Shown here: piece by piece, positions 18,680-30,300 of the stretch
Numbering within the stretch: position 1 is the stretch's first letter
Layout of the letters: each line of letters begins with the position of its first letter
DNA from: a virus
Taxonomy: Duplodnaviria; Caudoviricetes
Reading direction: 5' to 3' (one strand)
Length of the DNA stretch: 64,000 nt
IMG/VR virus record: IMGVR_UViG_2881966637_000004
Span: 1-64,000 of that record
Position numbers and translations under genes: made by a program
Notes under the pieces: model-generated
Database searches by the model: none
What the model saw: the letters and a program-made list of their open reading frames with translations, nothing else
Told to the model about the DNA's origin: nothing

Positions 18680-21600
18680 AAAGGGCATGTCGTCCGACCT
18701 TGCCCCCCTGCTTACTCCCCCCGGCACCTACCAGTACGCCCATAGTCTGTACCTGGGCCTGACGGGTGACGGGCGCGGCATGGCCCTGACCGTAGAAAAG
18801 CCCGAGCGACCCGTCACCGTGACGGGTCTGCCCGCGTCGTACCGGCTCGTCGGCCTGCAGGGGCTGGTTGCCTCCGGCGACTACCTCGCCTTTCTGACCA
18901 ATCCCAACCGCCCGTCCGGCGTAGCCCGCGATCTGATCGCCCGGCTGACGCTGAACATCGACGGCCTGACGGCCTCGGCGCAGGTGCTCTTCGATGACCG
19001 GCGCGATCCGGCCGGGGCGCAGCTCAACCTGCCCGCCGGGGTGAAGCTGCAGACGCGGCTGGAAACCGAAACCGAAAGCCTGATGCGGGTCTACTGGAAC
19101 GACGGGGTCAACGAGCCGCGCTGCTTGACGCTGGCCGACGGCTACGACGCCTTCGGCAGTCCGCACCACCTGTCCACCCAGGACTACCCCCGGCGGTGGA
19201 GCGTCCACCAGTTTGCCCTGCAGCCGGCGGTGCTGTGGGGTACGCCGATGTTTGAAAAGACCACCGAAGAAGGGTCGCTGCTGTCGGGCTTCTACCGCTA
19301 CAGCTACCGCTACCGTTCGGGATCGGTAGAGTCGGCCCCCTTCCCGCTCTCTACGCCCCTGACGCTCCGCCAGGATATGGGCGAGCCCGACCTGACCAAG
19401 CCCGTACAGATGGAAGCCTCGGGGGTGTCCACCAAATCCGCCATCCACATCATTGTCGATCAGCCGGACGACCGCTGGGAAGAAGCCGAGCTGCTGATGA
19501 GCTATTCAGCCGACGGCAGCAGCTGGTCCGACCTGGTCATCGCCGACCGCAGGGCCGTACCCGAGCGGCCCTCCGTTGGGCCCGCCGAGTTGCTGCGGCT
19601 GACGCACGATAAGCCCGCCGGCCTCGGTACGACCGTATCGCTGGCGCGGCTCAGTCAGATCGATCAGGTGGTCAGTCAGGCCGGGGTGATGACGCTGCAC
19701 AAGCAGAAGCTGATCCTGGGTGATCTGACCCTGTCGATGCCGCTGGACCCGCCGACCCAGACCGTGACGCTCTCGCCCAAGCTGGTGGATATGCCCCTGG
19801 ACGAAAGCGGCTTTCCCACCTCCCCCAACCGGACACTGGGACTGGCCTATACCTTTAAGCAGGCGGTGAACGACCCGCCCCTGACCGAGTCGGCCTACAA
19901 ACGCCAGGACGGCACCATAGCCACGCGCACCAAACCCATCGTCGCCGACTACCGCGACTACAAAGGGGTGCAGGTAGCCCATAGCCGGGTTGGTCTGCGC
20001 GGGGGCGAGAGCTACCCCTACGCCCTGGTCCTTTTCGACATGATCGGTCAGCCGACATTCGCCTGGCCCATTGGCACGTTTGCCGCACCCAACCGCTACG
20101 ACGACCCCGCCGGCAACGGCACCTTTCCCTACGCGCCCACCGCTGCCCGTAATCTGGGCACGGCCCTCGGCATGGGCTTTGTCGCCCGGCCGATGGGGTT
20201 GTCCGTGTCGGGCATCAACATCCCCGTCGAGATGGTCTTCGACGCGGCCGGCCGCCAGCAGGTATCGGGCTTCGCCATCGTGCGGGGCAACCCGTCGGGT
20301 CGCATCAAAGCCCAGGGTATCGCCCTGCCCGCCCTCTGGGAGCAGGGTGGCCGCGACAAGTTCATCGTCTCCATCCCCAGCTATACCAACCACCTCACCG
20401 ACCAGCCGACGAGTGACGGCTTTGGGCTGTTCAACGACATTCCGGCGAAGGCTGGGGCGGTCTATCGCCACCTGGCGGGCTGGATGACCTTTCTCTCCCC
20501 CGATCTGATGGTTGAGGGAAGTCTGGATACCAACCCGCCCACCGGCACCCGGCTCCGGCTGCTGGGCAGTATGCACGGGCCGGACGACAGCAACCACGTC
20601 CGCCAGCTCGACGGCGATAACCGCCAGCACTACGTCAAGGCGTACCGCTACATCGGCAAGTCGGCCCTGAGTCTGCGCCCGGCGGCCCGGTCCAGGCCCA
20701 ACCCCGGCGAGACGACCAACATCCGCCAGGCGTACAAGACCGTGCTCAACCAGACGCTTGAAAAGTTCTACGCCGACGACCAGAGCCTGGTCTTTTCGCC
20801 GGGCGTAACCTCGTCGGCGGGGCTGGCCCAGCAGACGCCGGGCTACCTGCTCAAAGTAGACGGCTTTTCGCTGGTGGACCGGGGCGAATCCCCCACCAAG
20901 CCCGCCGGCTACGCCATCGTCAACCTCGAAGTCAACACGCCCCCGGCGGCCAGCCAGAACCAGACGTTCCAGTGGACGAACCACTTCCAGCCCCTGACCG
21001 AAATAGTGCTGGGCGAGGTGCCGCAGGTGTTTATCAGCGGCAAAGCCTGTTACCGCTTCGATGAGGTAGAGGTCTGGGGTGGCGACACCTACCTGCCCCT
21101 GATCGACATGGCCCGGATGCTGCCCTACTACGCCCCGGTTGGCGGGTATATAGCCACCGAAGGCCACGGGCACGGCATCTTTACGGTCATTGAGAGTAAG
21201 TTCAACCACGCCCTGCGCTACGGCAGAACATATAAGCACGTCGGCACCATGCCGACTATCGAAGCTACGGGGGGCGGGGGTGGCGGCTACCGGCAGGCCA
21301 TCAACGTGTTTCAGCCCGAAGACTGGAACGTCAACCAGGGGCTGCAGAGTAAAGAAACCGTCCGGCTGTTTCAGCCGCTGCCGGCCGACATCCGGCTCGA
21401 ACGGCGGTGGCCACAGGGACTGGCGTGGTCGCAGGTCAAAAGCGACGGCCAGCGGCTGGACGCCTACCGACGCATACCGGCTCCAAACCTGTTTCTGCTC
21501 GAAGGCGAGAACGGCCCCGTCACCGGCTTTGCCGTGTTGTTCGGCGAACTCTACGCGGGTCAGTTCCGGGCCGTCAGCAAGGTGCGGGTCAACGAGCGGC

Positions 21601-22370
21601 AGCTCATCACCGACGCCACGGGCAAACCCCTGCAGATCGGCGAGGCTTCGGGGGCTGAAATCTCCGGAGCCGATACGCTGACGAGCCGCATTGGCTGGCA
21701 GGCGGTGAGCCACTACGTTGTCACCAGCCGGGCGTTCTACTGGCTCGACCGGCGCAATGGCAAGTTCTACCGCTTCTCCCAGGCGGGCATCGACTGTCTC
21801 TCGGATCGGGACGGTCTGCATGACGCCCTGCAGAACACGGACCTGTCGGCCTTCTCGGTGGTCTATGACGAAGAGAACGAACTGGTGCATCTGCTCTGCG
21901 CGAGTGAGCGCATCAGCTACAGCGAGAAGGCCAACGCCTTTGTCGCCTGGCACGACTGGGTAAACGGGCTGGCATGGGCCATCAGCGGCCACGTCCTGGT
22001 CACCAGCCCCGACGGCAGCAGCCTCTTTCGGATGGGGAAAGACCCGGACAGCCGGCCCGTGCTGCGCTACCGGCACGTACCCCAGCCCGGCCAGCCGCTG
22101 TACTTCGACAACATCCTCATTGGCCTGCGTCCTGACTGGATCGAAGCCATTGATGTGGAGTCCAGCATGGGTCAGCAGGTCACCCTGACGCCGGACACGG
22201 ACGGGCGGTTTCGCTTTCGGGATGGCCGACTGCTCGGCCCCCTGCGCGGGCGTAGTCAGAGTTACCGCATGTACGGCGAGTGGATCAGCATCAGCATCAC
22301 CATGACGCCCACCGCCGACCCGACCCTGCTGCTTTCGGAGATTGAGGGCCGACTACTCTATCGCAGTTGA
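18657..22370 (+). CDS. Tail muzzle / stabilisation protein (P22 gp10-like, crAss-like), 1237 aa
   Basis: N-terminal QTFEKGMSSDLAPLL...TY, YRYSYRY, VWGGDTY, FYWLDRRNGK and YSEKANAF motifs. Size and position before the cargo genes fit. Confidence 0.8.
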   Translation: MRHRQTFEKGMSSDLAPLLTPPGTYQYAHSLYLGLTGDGRGMALTVEKPERPVTVTGLPASYRLVGLQGLVASGDYLAFLTNPNRPSGVARDLIARLTLNIDGLTASAQVLFDDRRDPAGAQLNLPAGVKLQTRLETETESLMRVYWNDGVNEPRCLTLADGYDAFGSPHHLSTQDYPRRWSVHQFALQPAVLWGTPMFEKTTEEGSLLSGFYRYSYRYRSGSVESAPFPLSTPLTLRQDMGEPDLTKPVQMEASGVSTKSAIHIIVDQPDDRWEEAELLMSYSADGSSWSDLVIADRRAVPERPSVGPAELLRLTHDKPAGLGTTVSLARLSQIDQVVSQAGVMTLHKQKLILGDLTLSMPLDPPTQTVTLSPKLVDMPLDESGFPTSPNRTLGLAYTFKQAVNDPPLTESAYKRQDGTIATRTKPIVADYRDYKGVQVAHSRVGLRGGESYPYALVLFDMIGQPTFAWPIGTFAAPNRYDDPAGNGTFPYAPTAARNLGTALGMGFVARPMGLSVSGINIPVEMVFDAAGRQQVSGFAIVRGNPSGRIKAQGIALPALWEQGGRDKFIVSIPSYTNHLTDQPTSDGFGLFNDIPAKAGAVYRHLAGWMTFLSPDLMVEGSLDTNPPTGTRLRLLGSMHGPDDSNHVRQLDGDNRQHYVKAYRYIGKSALSLRPAARSRPNPGETTNIRQAYKTVLNQTLEKFYADDQSLVFSPGVTSSAGLAQQTPGYLLKVDGFSLVDRGESPTKPAGYAIVNLEVNTPPAASQNQTFQWTNHFQPLTEIVLGEVPQVFISGKACYRFDEVEVWGGDTYLPLIDMARMLPYYAPVGGYIATEGHGHGIFTVIESKFNHALRYGRTYKHVGTMPTIEATGGGGGGYRQAINVFQPEDWNVNQGLQSKETVRLFQPLPADIRLERRWPQGLAWSQVKSDGQRLDAYRRIPAPNLFLLEGENGPVTGFAVLFGELYAGQFRAVSKVRVNERQLITDATGKPLQIGEASGAEISGADTLTSRIGWQAVSHYVVTSRAFYWLDRRNGKFYRFSQAGIDCLSDRDGLHDALQNTDLSAFSVVYDEENELVHLLCASERISYSEKANAFVAWHDWVNGLAWAISGHVLVTSPDGSSLFRMGKDPDSRPVLRYRHVPQPGQPLYFDNILIGLRPDWIEAIDVESSMGQQVTLTPDTDGRFRFRDGRLLGPLRGRSQSYRMYGEWISISITMTPTADPTLLLSEIEGRLLYRS

Positions 22371-22398
22371 AAGTCAACTAAAATCAACCTAACTTTCG
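22367..22398 (+). promoter_or_regulatory. Promoter-like site for the cargo genes, with the tandem motif in the spacer
   Basis: TTG (22367-22369), 20 nt, TAACTTTCG (22390-22398). GTCAAC-taaa-ATCAAC at 22373-22388. Confidence 0.55.
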
Positions 22399-22419
22399 GC
22401 TGATAACTCCACACATACA

Positions 22420-25400
22420 ATGGCAACATTCTCCACCTCTACGCCCCTGACAACCTACTGGACCCCGCCGACGGTGGCGAAGGGGTGGGATAAGGCCATG
22501 CTGGGCCTGACGGGCTACAAGGAAGACGGCACCCAGAACACCTTCGGTAAGATCGGCAGCTGGATACCCGGCTTCAACCTGGCCCAGAACGCAGCGGCCC
22601 AGAACACGGCCCGTAACGCCGGCCTGACCGACGTGGCCAACACTATCGCCGACGACTTCGACAACCGGCTGGGGAAACTCAAGACGGTGGGCGGGGTCGC
22701 CCTGGGGGTAGCGGGTGGTGTGACAGGCAACCCCGCCCTGATCCAACGGGGGCTCTCCATGTCGGCGTCGGGCGTGACGGGTCTGGCAGCCGATCCCGGC
22801 CAGACGCCGATGGCGGGGCAGTCGTACCTGCAGGCGTTTGCCGGTGGTGGCGTCTACGGTCCCGGCAAAGGGGCGACGATGGCTGCCGACCGCACCGCAG
22901 TAGCCAGGCCGATGCTGGCTGGCCAGACGACAGGTGGACTGGGCAAGGCGGTCAACAGCGTGACCAAACCCGCCGACGAGTTTACCCAGATGTCGCAGGA
23001 GATGGTAGCCCGCGACGGCACCGACTACGTGCGCAACTGGGTGCGGCAGTCGGCGGCAATGGGCCGGGCCGGGCTTCGCCCCGGTGACGCGGTCTACGCC
23101 GGGCTGCTTAACACCCCGACGGTGATGAACACCAACGCTGCCTACAACTCAGTCAGTGCCGGCAACGACTCAGGTGGGCAGTACGACCCCATGACCAAAG
23201 AAGCCATCCTTCGACCCAACGCCGATCCGCTGGTTATCCAGTCAGCGGCCACCCATGAGGTTACTCACCAGTGGCAGGACATGATGGGAGATCGCAGCCT
23301 GTCCGGGCCGGGTCAGCGGTCGGTTACCAATCCTGCCTGGGCGGCTTCGGAGAGTTTGATCCGCCAGTCGGTTGCCGGCTCCTCGAAGGCCAGCAAAGAC
23401 CCCTACCTTACCCAGCCGATTGAGGTTCACTCGCGGATCATGGAGATGCGGCAGGCGGCCGACCTCAAGCCGGGGCAGGTGGTCACCCCGGAGTTGTACC
23501 AGAAAGTAAAGCGGTCGGCCGAGCAGTATGCCCCGAACGCCGTGGGTGGACTGAATCGGGTACTGGACGAAAAGCAGATCATTGATCTGATGAATAAGAC
23601 GGTCAGCAATGACCAGCCCCAGACCGATCCCACACTCTTTGCTGCTGCCGAGGGTGGTGTTTATCAGCCGCCGGGAGGCACCCGCCTTCCCACGAGGGAT
23701 GAGTTGATTCGTATGGGTGTATCTCCACAACAGGCAGATCAGTACCTGGCGGCACGAATAAACCAGTCGGCATCGCCACCCGCCCACCGATCCGCCACCA
23801 GGCCATCGTCCACCCCGCCCCCTGCGACTACATCCGCGCCACCCCGCCGAACTAACCCGATGCCGCTAATGGACCTGCCTGACAATGTCGCACGCACGGA
23901 CACGGACCAAACAGCAACGTCCCGGCCTGTTAGTTTATTCAAGAGACCCAACGAAGGTTATCAGACCCCCCAGACGTTCTCAAAAGGGGAGCCGGAGCGT
24001 CTGTACCAGAAGAATGCCCAAAAAGGGACTGATTATGTACGAAACTGGATACGTCAGTCAGCAGCTATGGGTCGGGCCGGGCTTCGACCGGAAGACGCGG
24101 TTGCTGCCAGCCGGATTGCCAATCCAGTTATCGTCAAGTCGAAGGAAGAGTTTGACCGGATATATGAGGGGAACACAGCAGACGTTGGTGCATTCTACCA
24201 ATCAAAGGTAGATAGCAGCTTTATTCCCAGCACACAAGGATTTGCTGCCGACACACATGCCGCGCACGAAGCGACCCATCAATGGCAGCGGGCTATGGGC
24301 GACCAAACCATAACCAGACTTGGCGCGGGTCAGGCAATAACACCTGGCTGGGCGGCCTCCGAAGCATTAATTCGGCAGGCGGTCCATAGCTCGTCAAAGG
24401 CGTCCAAAGACGATTACCTCACCAAGCCTGTTGAGGTTCACGCCCGGATCATGCAACTACGCCGGGCCGGAAACCTCAAGCCGGGACAGGTCGTGACCCC
24501 GTCGCTTTATCGACAGCTAGTAAATAAGGTGGTCCCTAGACTGAACGAAGAACTCAATCAGGTGCTGGATGAAAAGCAGATTATTGACCTGATGAACAAA
24601 ACCGTAAGCAACGATATGCCCCAGGATCAGACGACCTTCGCTGCCTACAAGGGTGGCGCACTACCCGGTATCGGCGGACCCGTTGCCGGTCAAGTTCGAC
24701 AGTATAGCCCCGGCAGCCGGCAGGAAGACCAGCTCATCGTGGACCAGACGACGGGGCAGGTGAACGGACTCATGCGGGCCGGCGAGCTGATCTTCGATCA
24801 GAAAGCCAAACAGACCATCGACCGGCTCATCGACGGCGGCACCGCTGCCGAGCTGGGCAACTTCATCAAAAAGGAACGGGCGACCCATCCCGACCAGACG
24901 CAGGCGTTTTGGGAGGGCGGGGTCAGCGAAGACCCGGCCTACTGGACGCGGATGCTCAACCCGATATCACCCATCAACATGGCCAAGCCCATCGTTCCCC
25001 AGCGGCCGTCTACCCCCTTCACCCCGACCATTAAACCCATTGATCAGGCGCAGAAAGCCATCGGCTCCCTGTCTACCCAGGCGACGGGATCGGCGGGCGC
25101 ATCGGCCCCATCCGCGAAGATGGGCGTCGGCGACTGGGCCAGCATCGGCATGGATGCGCTGGGGGCTATCGGCTCGGCCATTGGGGCTAACCGAAAGCTG
25201 CCGACCCAGACGGTCACCCCGGCCTGGCAGAGCTACCTCAACGAAGTGTCGGCCCGCGCCGATCAGGGACTGTTGCCGTCGGAGCGGGCAGCGGCCGAGC
25301 GGGCCATCGGCTCGGGCTACGACCGGCAGGTGCAGAGCATCGCCGATGTCGTGGGGGGCGGTGGCAGCGGAGCGGCCGTGCTGTCGGCTCTGGGTACGGC

Positions 25401-25764
25401 GGGGCGCAACACGCTGGACGCCGGACTCAACCTCGAACTGGCAGCGGCCGATCGTCGCCGGCAGAACCTCGGCGTCTACGGACAGGCGGTGGGTCAGCAG
25501 ATGGCGCAGGACAACCAGAACTATTCGCTGGCCTACAACAACGCCGTTAACAGCCGGGACGCCTTTACCAAAAGCATGGTCGCCAACCTGCAGCAGATCG
25601 GCAACCGATTCAGCTACAACCAGACCTACGGCCCCGGCTCGGCGTTCCAGACCCTGCAGGCCGAGATGGCGAAGATGGGTCAGGGCTACCAGCAGTCGGC
25701 TAACGCGCCCTTCGCCGGCTTCTCCGCGCCGATTGGTATCAACACCAGCTTCGGCAAAAAGTAA
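22420..25764 (+). CDS. Virion cargo/ejection protein with two tandem zincin-like metallopeptidase domains
   Basis: Gly/Ala-rich amphipathic ends. HEVTH (23254-23268) and HEATH (24265-24279), each followed by YLxxPxEVHxRIM. Confidence 0.75.
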   Translation: MATFSTSTPLTTYWTPPTVAKGWDKAMLGLTGYKEDGTQNTFGKIGSWIPGFNLAQNAAAQNTARNAGLTDVANTIADDFDNRLGKLKTVGGVALGVAGGVTGNPALIQRGLSMSASGVTGLAADPGQTPMAGQSYLQAFAGGGVYGPGKGATMAADRTAVARPMLAGQTTGGLGKAVNSVTKPADEFTQMSQEMVARDGTDYVRNWVRQSAAMGRAGLRPGDAVYAGLLNTPTVMNTNAAYNSVSAGNDSGGQYDPMTKEAILRPNADPLVIQSAATHEVTHQWQDMMGDRSLSGPGQRSVTNPAWAASESLIRQSVAGSSKASKDPYLTQPIEVHSRIMEMRQAADLKPGQVVTPELYQKVKRSAEQYAPNAVGGLNRVLDEKQIIDLMNKTVSNDQPQTDPTLFAAAEGGVYQPPGGTRLPTRDELIRMGVSPQQADQYLAARINQSASPPAHRSATRPSSTPPPATTSAPPRRTNPMPLMDLPDNVARTDTDQTATSRPVSLFKRPNEGYQTPQTFSKGEPERLYQKNAQKGTDYVRNWIRQSAAMGRAGLRPEDAVAASRIANPVIVKSKEEFDRIYEGNTADVGAFYQSKVDSSFIPSTQGFAADTHAAHEATHQWQRAMGDQTITRLGAGQAITPGWAASEALIRQAVHSSSKASKDDYLTKPVEVHARIMQLRRAGNLKPGQVVTPSLYRQLVNKVVPRLNEELNQVLDEKQIIDLMNKTVSNDMPQDQTTFAAYKGGALPGIGGPVAGQVRQYSPGSRQEDQLIVDQTTGQVNGLMRAGELIFDQKAKQTIDRLIDGGTAAELGNFIKKERATHPDQTQAFWEGGVSEDPAYWTRMLNPISPINMAKPIVPQRPSTPFTPTIKPIDQAQKAIGSLSTQATGSAGASAPSAKMGVGDWASIGMDALGAIGSAIGANRKLPTQTVTPAWQSYLNEVSARADQGLLPSERAAAERAIGSGYDRQVQSIADVVGGGGSGAAVLSALGTAGRNTLDAGLNLELAAADRRRQNLGVYGQAVGQQMAQDNQNYSLAYNNAVNSRDAFTKSMVANLQQIGNRFSYNQTYGPGSAFQTLQAEMAKMGQGYQQSANAPFAGFSAPIGINTSFGKK

Positions 25765-25785
25765 TCCACCTACTGATTCACACCG

Positions 25786-27387
25786 ATGACACCCATAACG
25801 CCCGGCTTTGCCCCTAACCCCAACTCAGCCCCCTCTCCTACGCTGGCGGCTGCGCTGATGCCGACCGAGAATCTGGCCCAGCGCAGGGCGGATCAGCAGG
25901 CCGGGCTGTATTTCCAGTCGCAGCTCAACGAGGTGTGGCGGCAGCAGAACGCCGAACGGCAGGCCGCCATCGTGGACCTGGAAAAGACCAACAACCAGAT
26001 CGGCAGCATGGGTCTGCTCGGCCCCGACGCCAGCCGGCTCTACAACCAGTTCGCCGAACCCTGGCGCAGAAAGGTCGAAGACATCATCAAGAACGAATAC
26101 CAGGGCGACGTGCGTAGGTTCCGGCGCGAGAAGGGCGACTACCTCATGGGCGAGTTCAACACCATGCTCACCACCAGCCGGGAGTTGCAGCAGGCCCAGC
26201 AGAACAAAACCAACTACGCCCTCTGGCTCAAAGACAAGCAGGATGGCAAGCTGGCCCTGGGCGACATGGACACGGCCTTCGCCCAGTTTACCAACGGGGA
26301 TCGGCCGGACCTGCCCTATGCCGGTGGCTATGAGCCGCCCAAGAATGTCTTCGACCGGATCGCCAAAGGCACCAAGCCCGGCTACGAGTGGGGGCTGTCG
26401 GTCAAGGACGAGCGGGGCAACCACATCGGCTACGCGCCCGTGCCGGCCTCAAGGGAAGACATCTACCGAGAAGCCCTCAATGACGGGCTCTCTCCCGCCC
26501 AAGCCAGCGACTACGTGGACAACAAACTCCGCTATCAGGGCGGGGTGAACTGGGGCATGAAGCAGCCCGACCCCTACAAGCTCCGTCAGGACGCCATCGA
26601 AAACGAGCAGTGGAAGATGAAGTTCAACCAGGCCGAGCGGTTCCAGGCGCAGGACATCGGCGAACGCCGGGCCGACCGCGCTGCCCGTGAAAAGGCACGA
26701 AAGGAAGAAGCGGCCGCCAAAGCCAAAGTGCCCGGCGCGGGTCTGCCGTCCTACTACGACCGACTGTTTTCGACGACGGGCTTCAACGAGCGGTTCCAGG
26801 TGCCGGGCCAGTCGGGCCTTTCCTTCCCCCAGCGCAGCGGTATCGTGGCCGGGGAGCGCGACGCCCTGCTGGCCGCGCTGGGCTACGACGATAAGAACGC
26901 CCGCGAGTTGACCAACGCCGACAATCCGGCCATACCACAGGACAAACCCATAAAGGTCAATGCCGTGACGCCGGGGCAGGTGATGTACCGCGTCGGGGGT
27001 GGACAGACGGTGACGGGGCCAGCGGTGATCTCGGCCGACGGCAGCAAGGTCATCCCGATGAAAGACGGCATCCTGCGCGAAGTGACCGAGATTGATCCCA
27101 GCCGCATCATCCAGCTGCCGGCGGCCCGCTTCGGTGGTCCGGCCGGGGTGCCCATCATGGCCGTCAAGGCGAAGGTCAACCTCAAGGCCGCCGACGGCAC
27201 AACCAAATTCAATCAGGACGTGTTTATTCCCGTCTCTACCAGCATGAACACCCGAGCGGGCCTGACCGATCTGACCCCCTTCGGGTCGCCCAACCCCCGC
27301 GCTGCGGCCATGCAGCCCACGGGCTACGACGGCCCCGACCAGCCCACCACCCGAACCTACGTCCAGCAACTCCTTAACGAAGACTGA
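25786..27387 (+). CDS. Virion cargo/ejection protein 2, 533 aa
   Basis: Q/E/K-rich helical protein located between cargo 1 and the giant protein. Confidence 0.65.
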   Translation: MTPITPGFAPNPNSAPSPTLAAALMPTENLAQRRADQQAGLYFQSQLNEVWRQQNAERQAAIVDLEKTNNQIGSMGLLGPDASRLYNQFAEPWRRKVEDIIKNEYQGDVRRFRREKGDYLMGEFNTMLTTSRELQQAQQNKTNYALWLKDKQDGKLALGDMDTAFAQFTNGDRPDLPYAGGYEPPKNVFDRIAKGTKPGYEWGLSVKDERGNHIGYAPVPASREDIYREALNDGLSPAQASDYVDNKLRYQGGVNWGMKQPDPYKLRQDAIENEQWKMKFNQAERFQAQDIGERRADRAAREKARKEEAAAKAKVPGAGLPSYYDRLFSTTGFNERFQVPGQSGLSFPQRSGIVAGERDALLAALGYDDKNARELTNADNPAIPQDKPIKVNAVTPGQVMYRVGGGQTVTGPAVISADGSKVIPMKDGILREVTEIDPSRIIQLPAARFGGPAGVPIMAVKAKVNLKAADGTTKFNQDVFIPVSTSMNTRAGLTDLTPFGSPNPRAAAMQPTGYDGPDQPTTRTYVQQLLNED

Positions 27388-30300
27388 TGCAGCCACTACC
27401 CCCTTCGCAGTACGGAAAGCCCGCAGCGGCTGCCAGCCCGGCCGACTCGCTGAGCTTCGGCGGTGATATGCCGCCCGTGCGCAGCAGCCCGCCCGCCTAC
27501 AAACGCAACGATCCGCTGGTGGCTGGCGTCGCCAAAGCCATTGAGCAAAACGGACTGGGCACCTACGACCAGGTGATGAACCGCTGGAACAATGCCGTTG
27601 CCAAAGGGCCGGACTACGTCGATCAGTTCATGCCCAAGCTCGAAGAGCTGGGCCGCATCGCCGGCACCGAAATCAACCGGGCGGCCTTTCTGCCGGGTGG
27701 GGCCGAGCGGCTGGCCGGCCCTAAGACCGCCCCGCCGTCCGAGCCGGGGCTGGCCGCCACCACGCGGGGCGTAGGCAAAGGCCTGTGGAACGGGCTAGTG
27801 TCGCTGGCGCAGGGCGTTGTTGAGCTGCCCGAGACGGTACTCGGGGCCGAGCGCGGCATCGAAGCCGGCATGATGGCCGCCGGTCAGGTGATCAGGGGCG
27901 ACGTACCCCGCACCGCCGAAGGGTTCGGACAGGCCTTCGACGCGGCCGACCAGCAGATCGGCCAGTCTTCACTCGGTCTGGGTAAGTCCGACGCGGTGCT
28001 GAACCGGTTACGCTCGGTCAGCGAGTTTATCAACAACGGACTCGAACAGGTGAAGTTCGCCGTCGATCCCAAGACGCTGCTGTCGTATAACGACGGCGTC
28101 GAGTGGACAGGTGCGCTGGACGAAGGCACCGGGGCGGCCCTGGGCGAAGGACTCTTCACCGCCATCTCGGCAATGGCCCCCGCGCTGGGAGCCGCCAGGA
28201 TCGGCCAGCTTCCCAAACTCATCCGGGCCGCCGAGCTGGCCGGTGATCTGGCCGAAGCGGGCGTCCTGACAGCTCGCCTGCGCCAGACGCAGATGGGCCT
28301 CTCTACGCTGTCGTCCACCGTTTCGATGGTTCGCCCCATCACCGAAGAAGCCAGGGCTGCTGGCCTCTCGCCTACCGAGACGAGCCTGTTTGCTGGCCTG
28401 CTGGCTCCCGTCATGGGGGTGATGGAAAGCCGGCTCGGCATCGAAAAGAACTTTTTCGCGGGAGCCGGCCGCAGCATCCGCGACTCGGCCATCAAGGCGG
28501 GCCTCGCCGAACTGCGGGCGGGCGTCAGTGAAGCCTCGCTGCGTCAGGCGGCCAAATCCACCACCAACGCCCTGATGCGGGGCATCAAGGCGGCCCCGGC
28601 CAACATCCTCGAAGGGGTCATCAAAGAAGGGGTCTACGAAGAAGGGCTGCAGTCGGCGGGCGAAGAGTTCGCCAAGCTGATCTTCAACAACACCGTTGGG
28701 GCCAATGCCGCCACGGGCAAGGGGCAGTTCGACCAGTCCATGAACAGCGTGCTCAACAACATCATCGGCTCCATGTCGATGGGCGCAGCGGTGGGCGGCT
28801 TTCTCAATACGTTCCATAACTCGGGCGCGATGACGCCAACGCTCTTCGGGGCCATCGACCAGCGCATCCGCGAGGGTCAGGGCGTCGAAGACGTGCAGCA
28901 GTGGCTGAGTCCGATGCTGGACGGCCTGGACAGTCAGCCGAACCTATCGCCCCAGGCGCGGCAAGAGATACGCCAGAACGCGGCCGACCTCATCGACGTG
29001 GCCATGCGCTTCTCGCGCCTGCCGAACACGACCGCCTTTCAGCGGTATCAGTATTACGACATCACCCGCAATCACATCCCCGAAGTCAGCGGCCGGATCA
29101 TGGCCGCCGAAGCGGTCGCCAACGAACTACCTGCCCTGCAGGAACAGTACGCAGCGGCCCAGGGTGACGATAAGATCGACATTGCCGCCCGGATCGCCGA
29201 GATCAACGCGGCCCTGCCCGAAGGATACAGCGACAGCGAACGGGCCAAAGATGACCGCCGGATGCGCTTTCTCACCGATCAGGTGGACGGACTGCTGACG
29301 GGCCGCCAGGCCACAGCCGTCTCGGAAGGGCTGGGCCATATCGACCGGCTGGACGTGGGGATGCTGGCCAGCGGACAGGGCGAGAACGGGCCCGTGTCCG
29401 GCTCTATCGTAGACATCTCCGCCGACGGTCAGCGGGTCACCATCAGCCAGCCGACCGAAGATGGTCAGCCGGACGTACCCGTCACCCTGCCCGCCGGTAA
29501 AGTCGTTGTGCGCAACGAAGCCGACATGGCTCCCCCATCGGTCAGCGTCGCCAATCCGCGCACCGTCGCCGAGGAGCCCGGCTTTGTCACCGCCGAGATC
29601 AAACCGCTGTCGGCTTACCAGCCCGGCGAGTTCGTCCGGCTGTCGGGCATCGCCGACCCTATCCGCGTGGACGCCGTCAGCAGCGAGGACGGTCAGGTGC
29701 CGACGATCACCCTGGCGATGCCGGGTGAGGGCGGGGTTACGTCCCAGACCTACGACATGGAGCAGCTACTGAGCGACGCCGACAACGGCTTTATCGGCGG
29801 CTACGATCCCGAGCTGGCTCTGCAGCAGGAAGCCAACGCCCGGCGCGAGGCCCAGACCAACCAGCTTCGCGCCAGGCTGGAAGCCAAACTCAGCCCGACG
29901 ACGGTAGCCGCCATCAACGCCCTGCCGGACGCGGCCCTGCTGGGTCGGCGCGACGGCTTCAAGGGGCGTACCGTGGCCGCCGACGAGCGGCCCCTGCGCG
30001 ACTACATCAACTTCATCGCCGATCAGCGCGGCCTGACCGCTGCCCCCGCCAATGAAACAAACCCGACCAGTCCCTCACCCACGCCCGATTCGCCCCAGCC
30101 CGTATCCACGGCGGCCGATCCCCAGTCTATCCTGGAAAACGGGCCGGTAGCCTACGACCCCGAGAACGGCATCGTCCTGATCAACGGCCTGCCCTATACG
30201 CTGCCCGAGGGGCAGGTGCTGGCCGACGCCTTCGCCTACGACAAGAACGGCAAACTCTTCGGCGTGAAGCTGGTGGACAGCAAAGGTGTCGAGCGGACCA

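Noticed and set aside
19506-22076. 856-aa minus-strand ORF
   Set aside because: Antisense shadow of the muzzle gene, produced by high-GC codon bias. No recognisable motifs.
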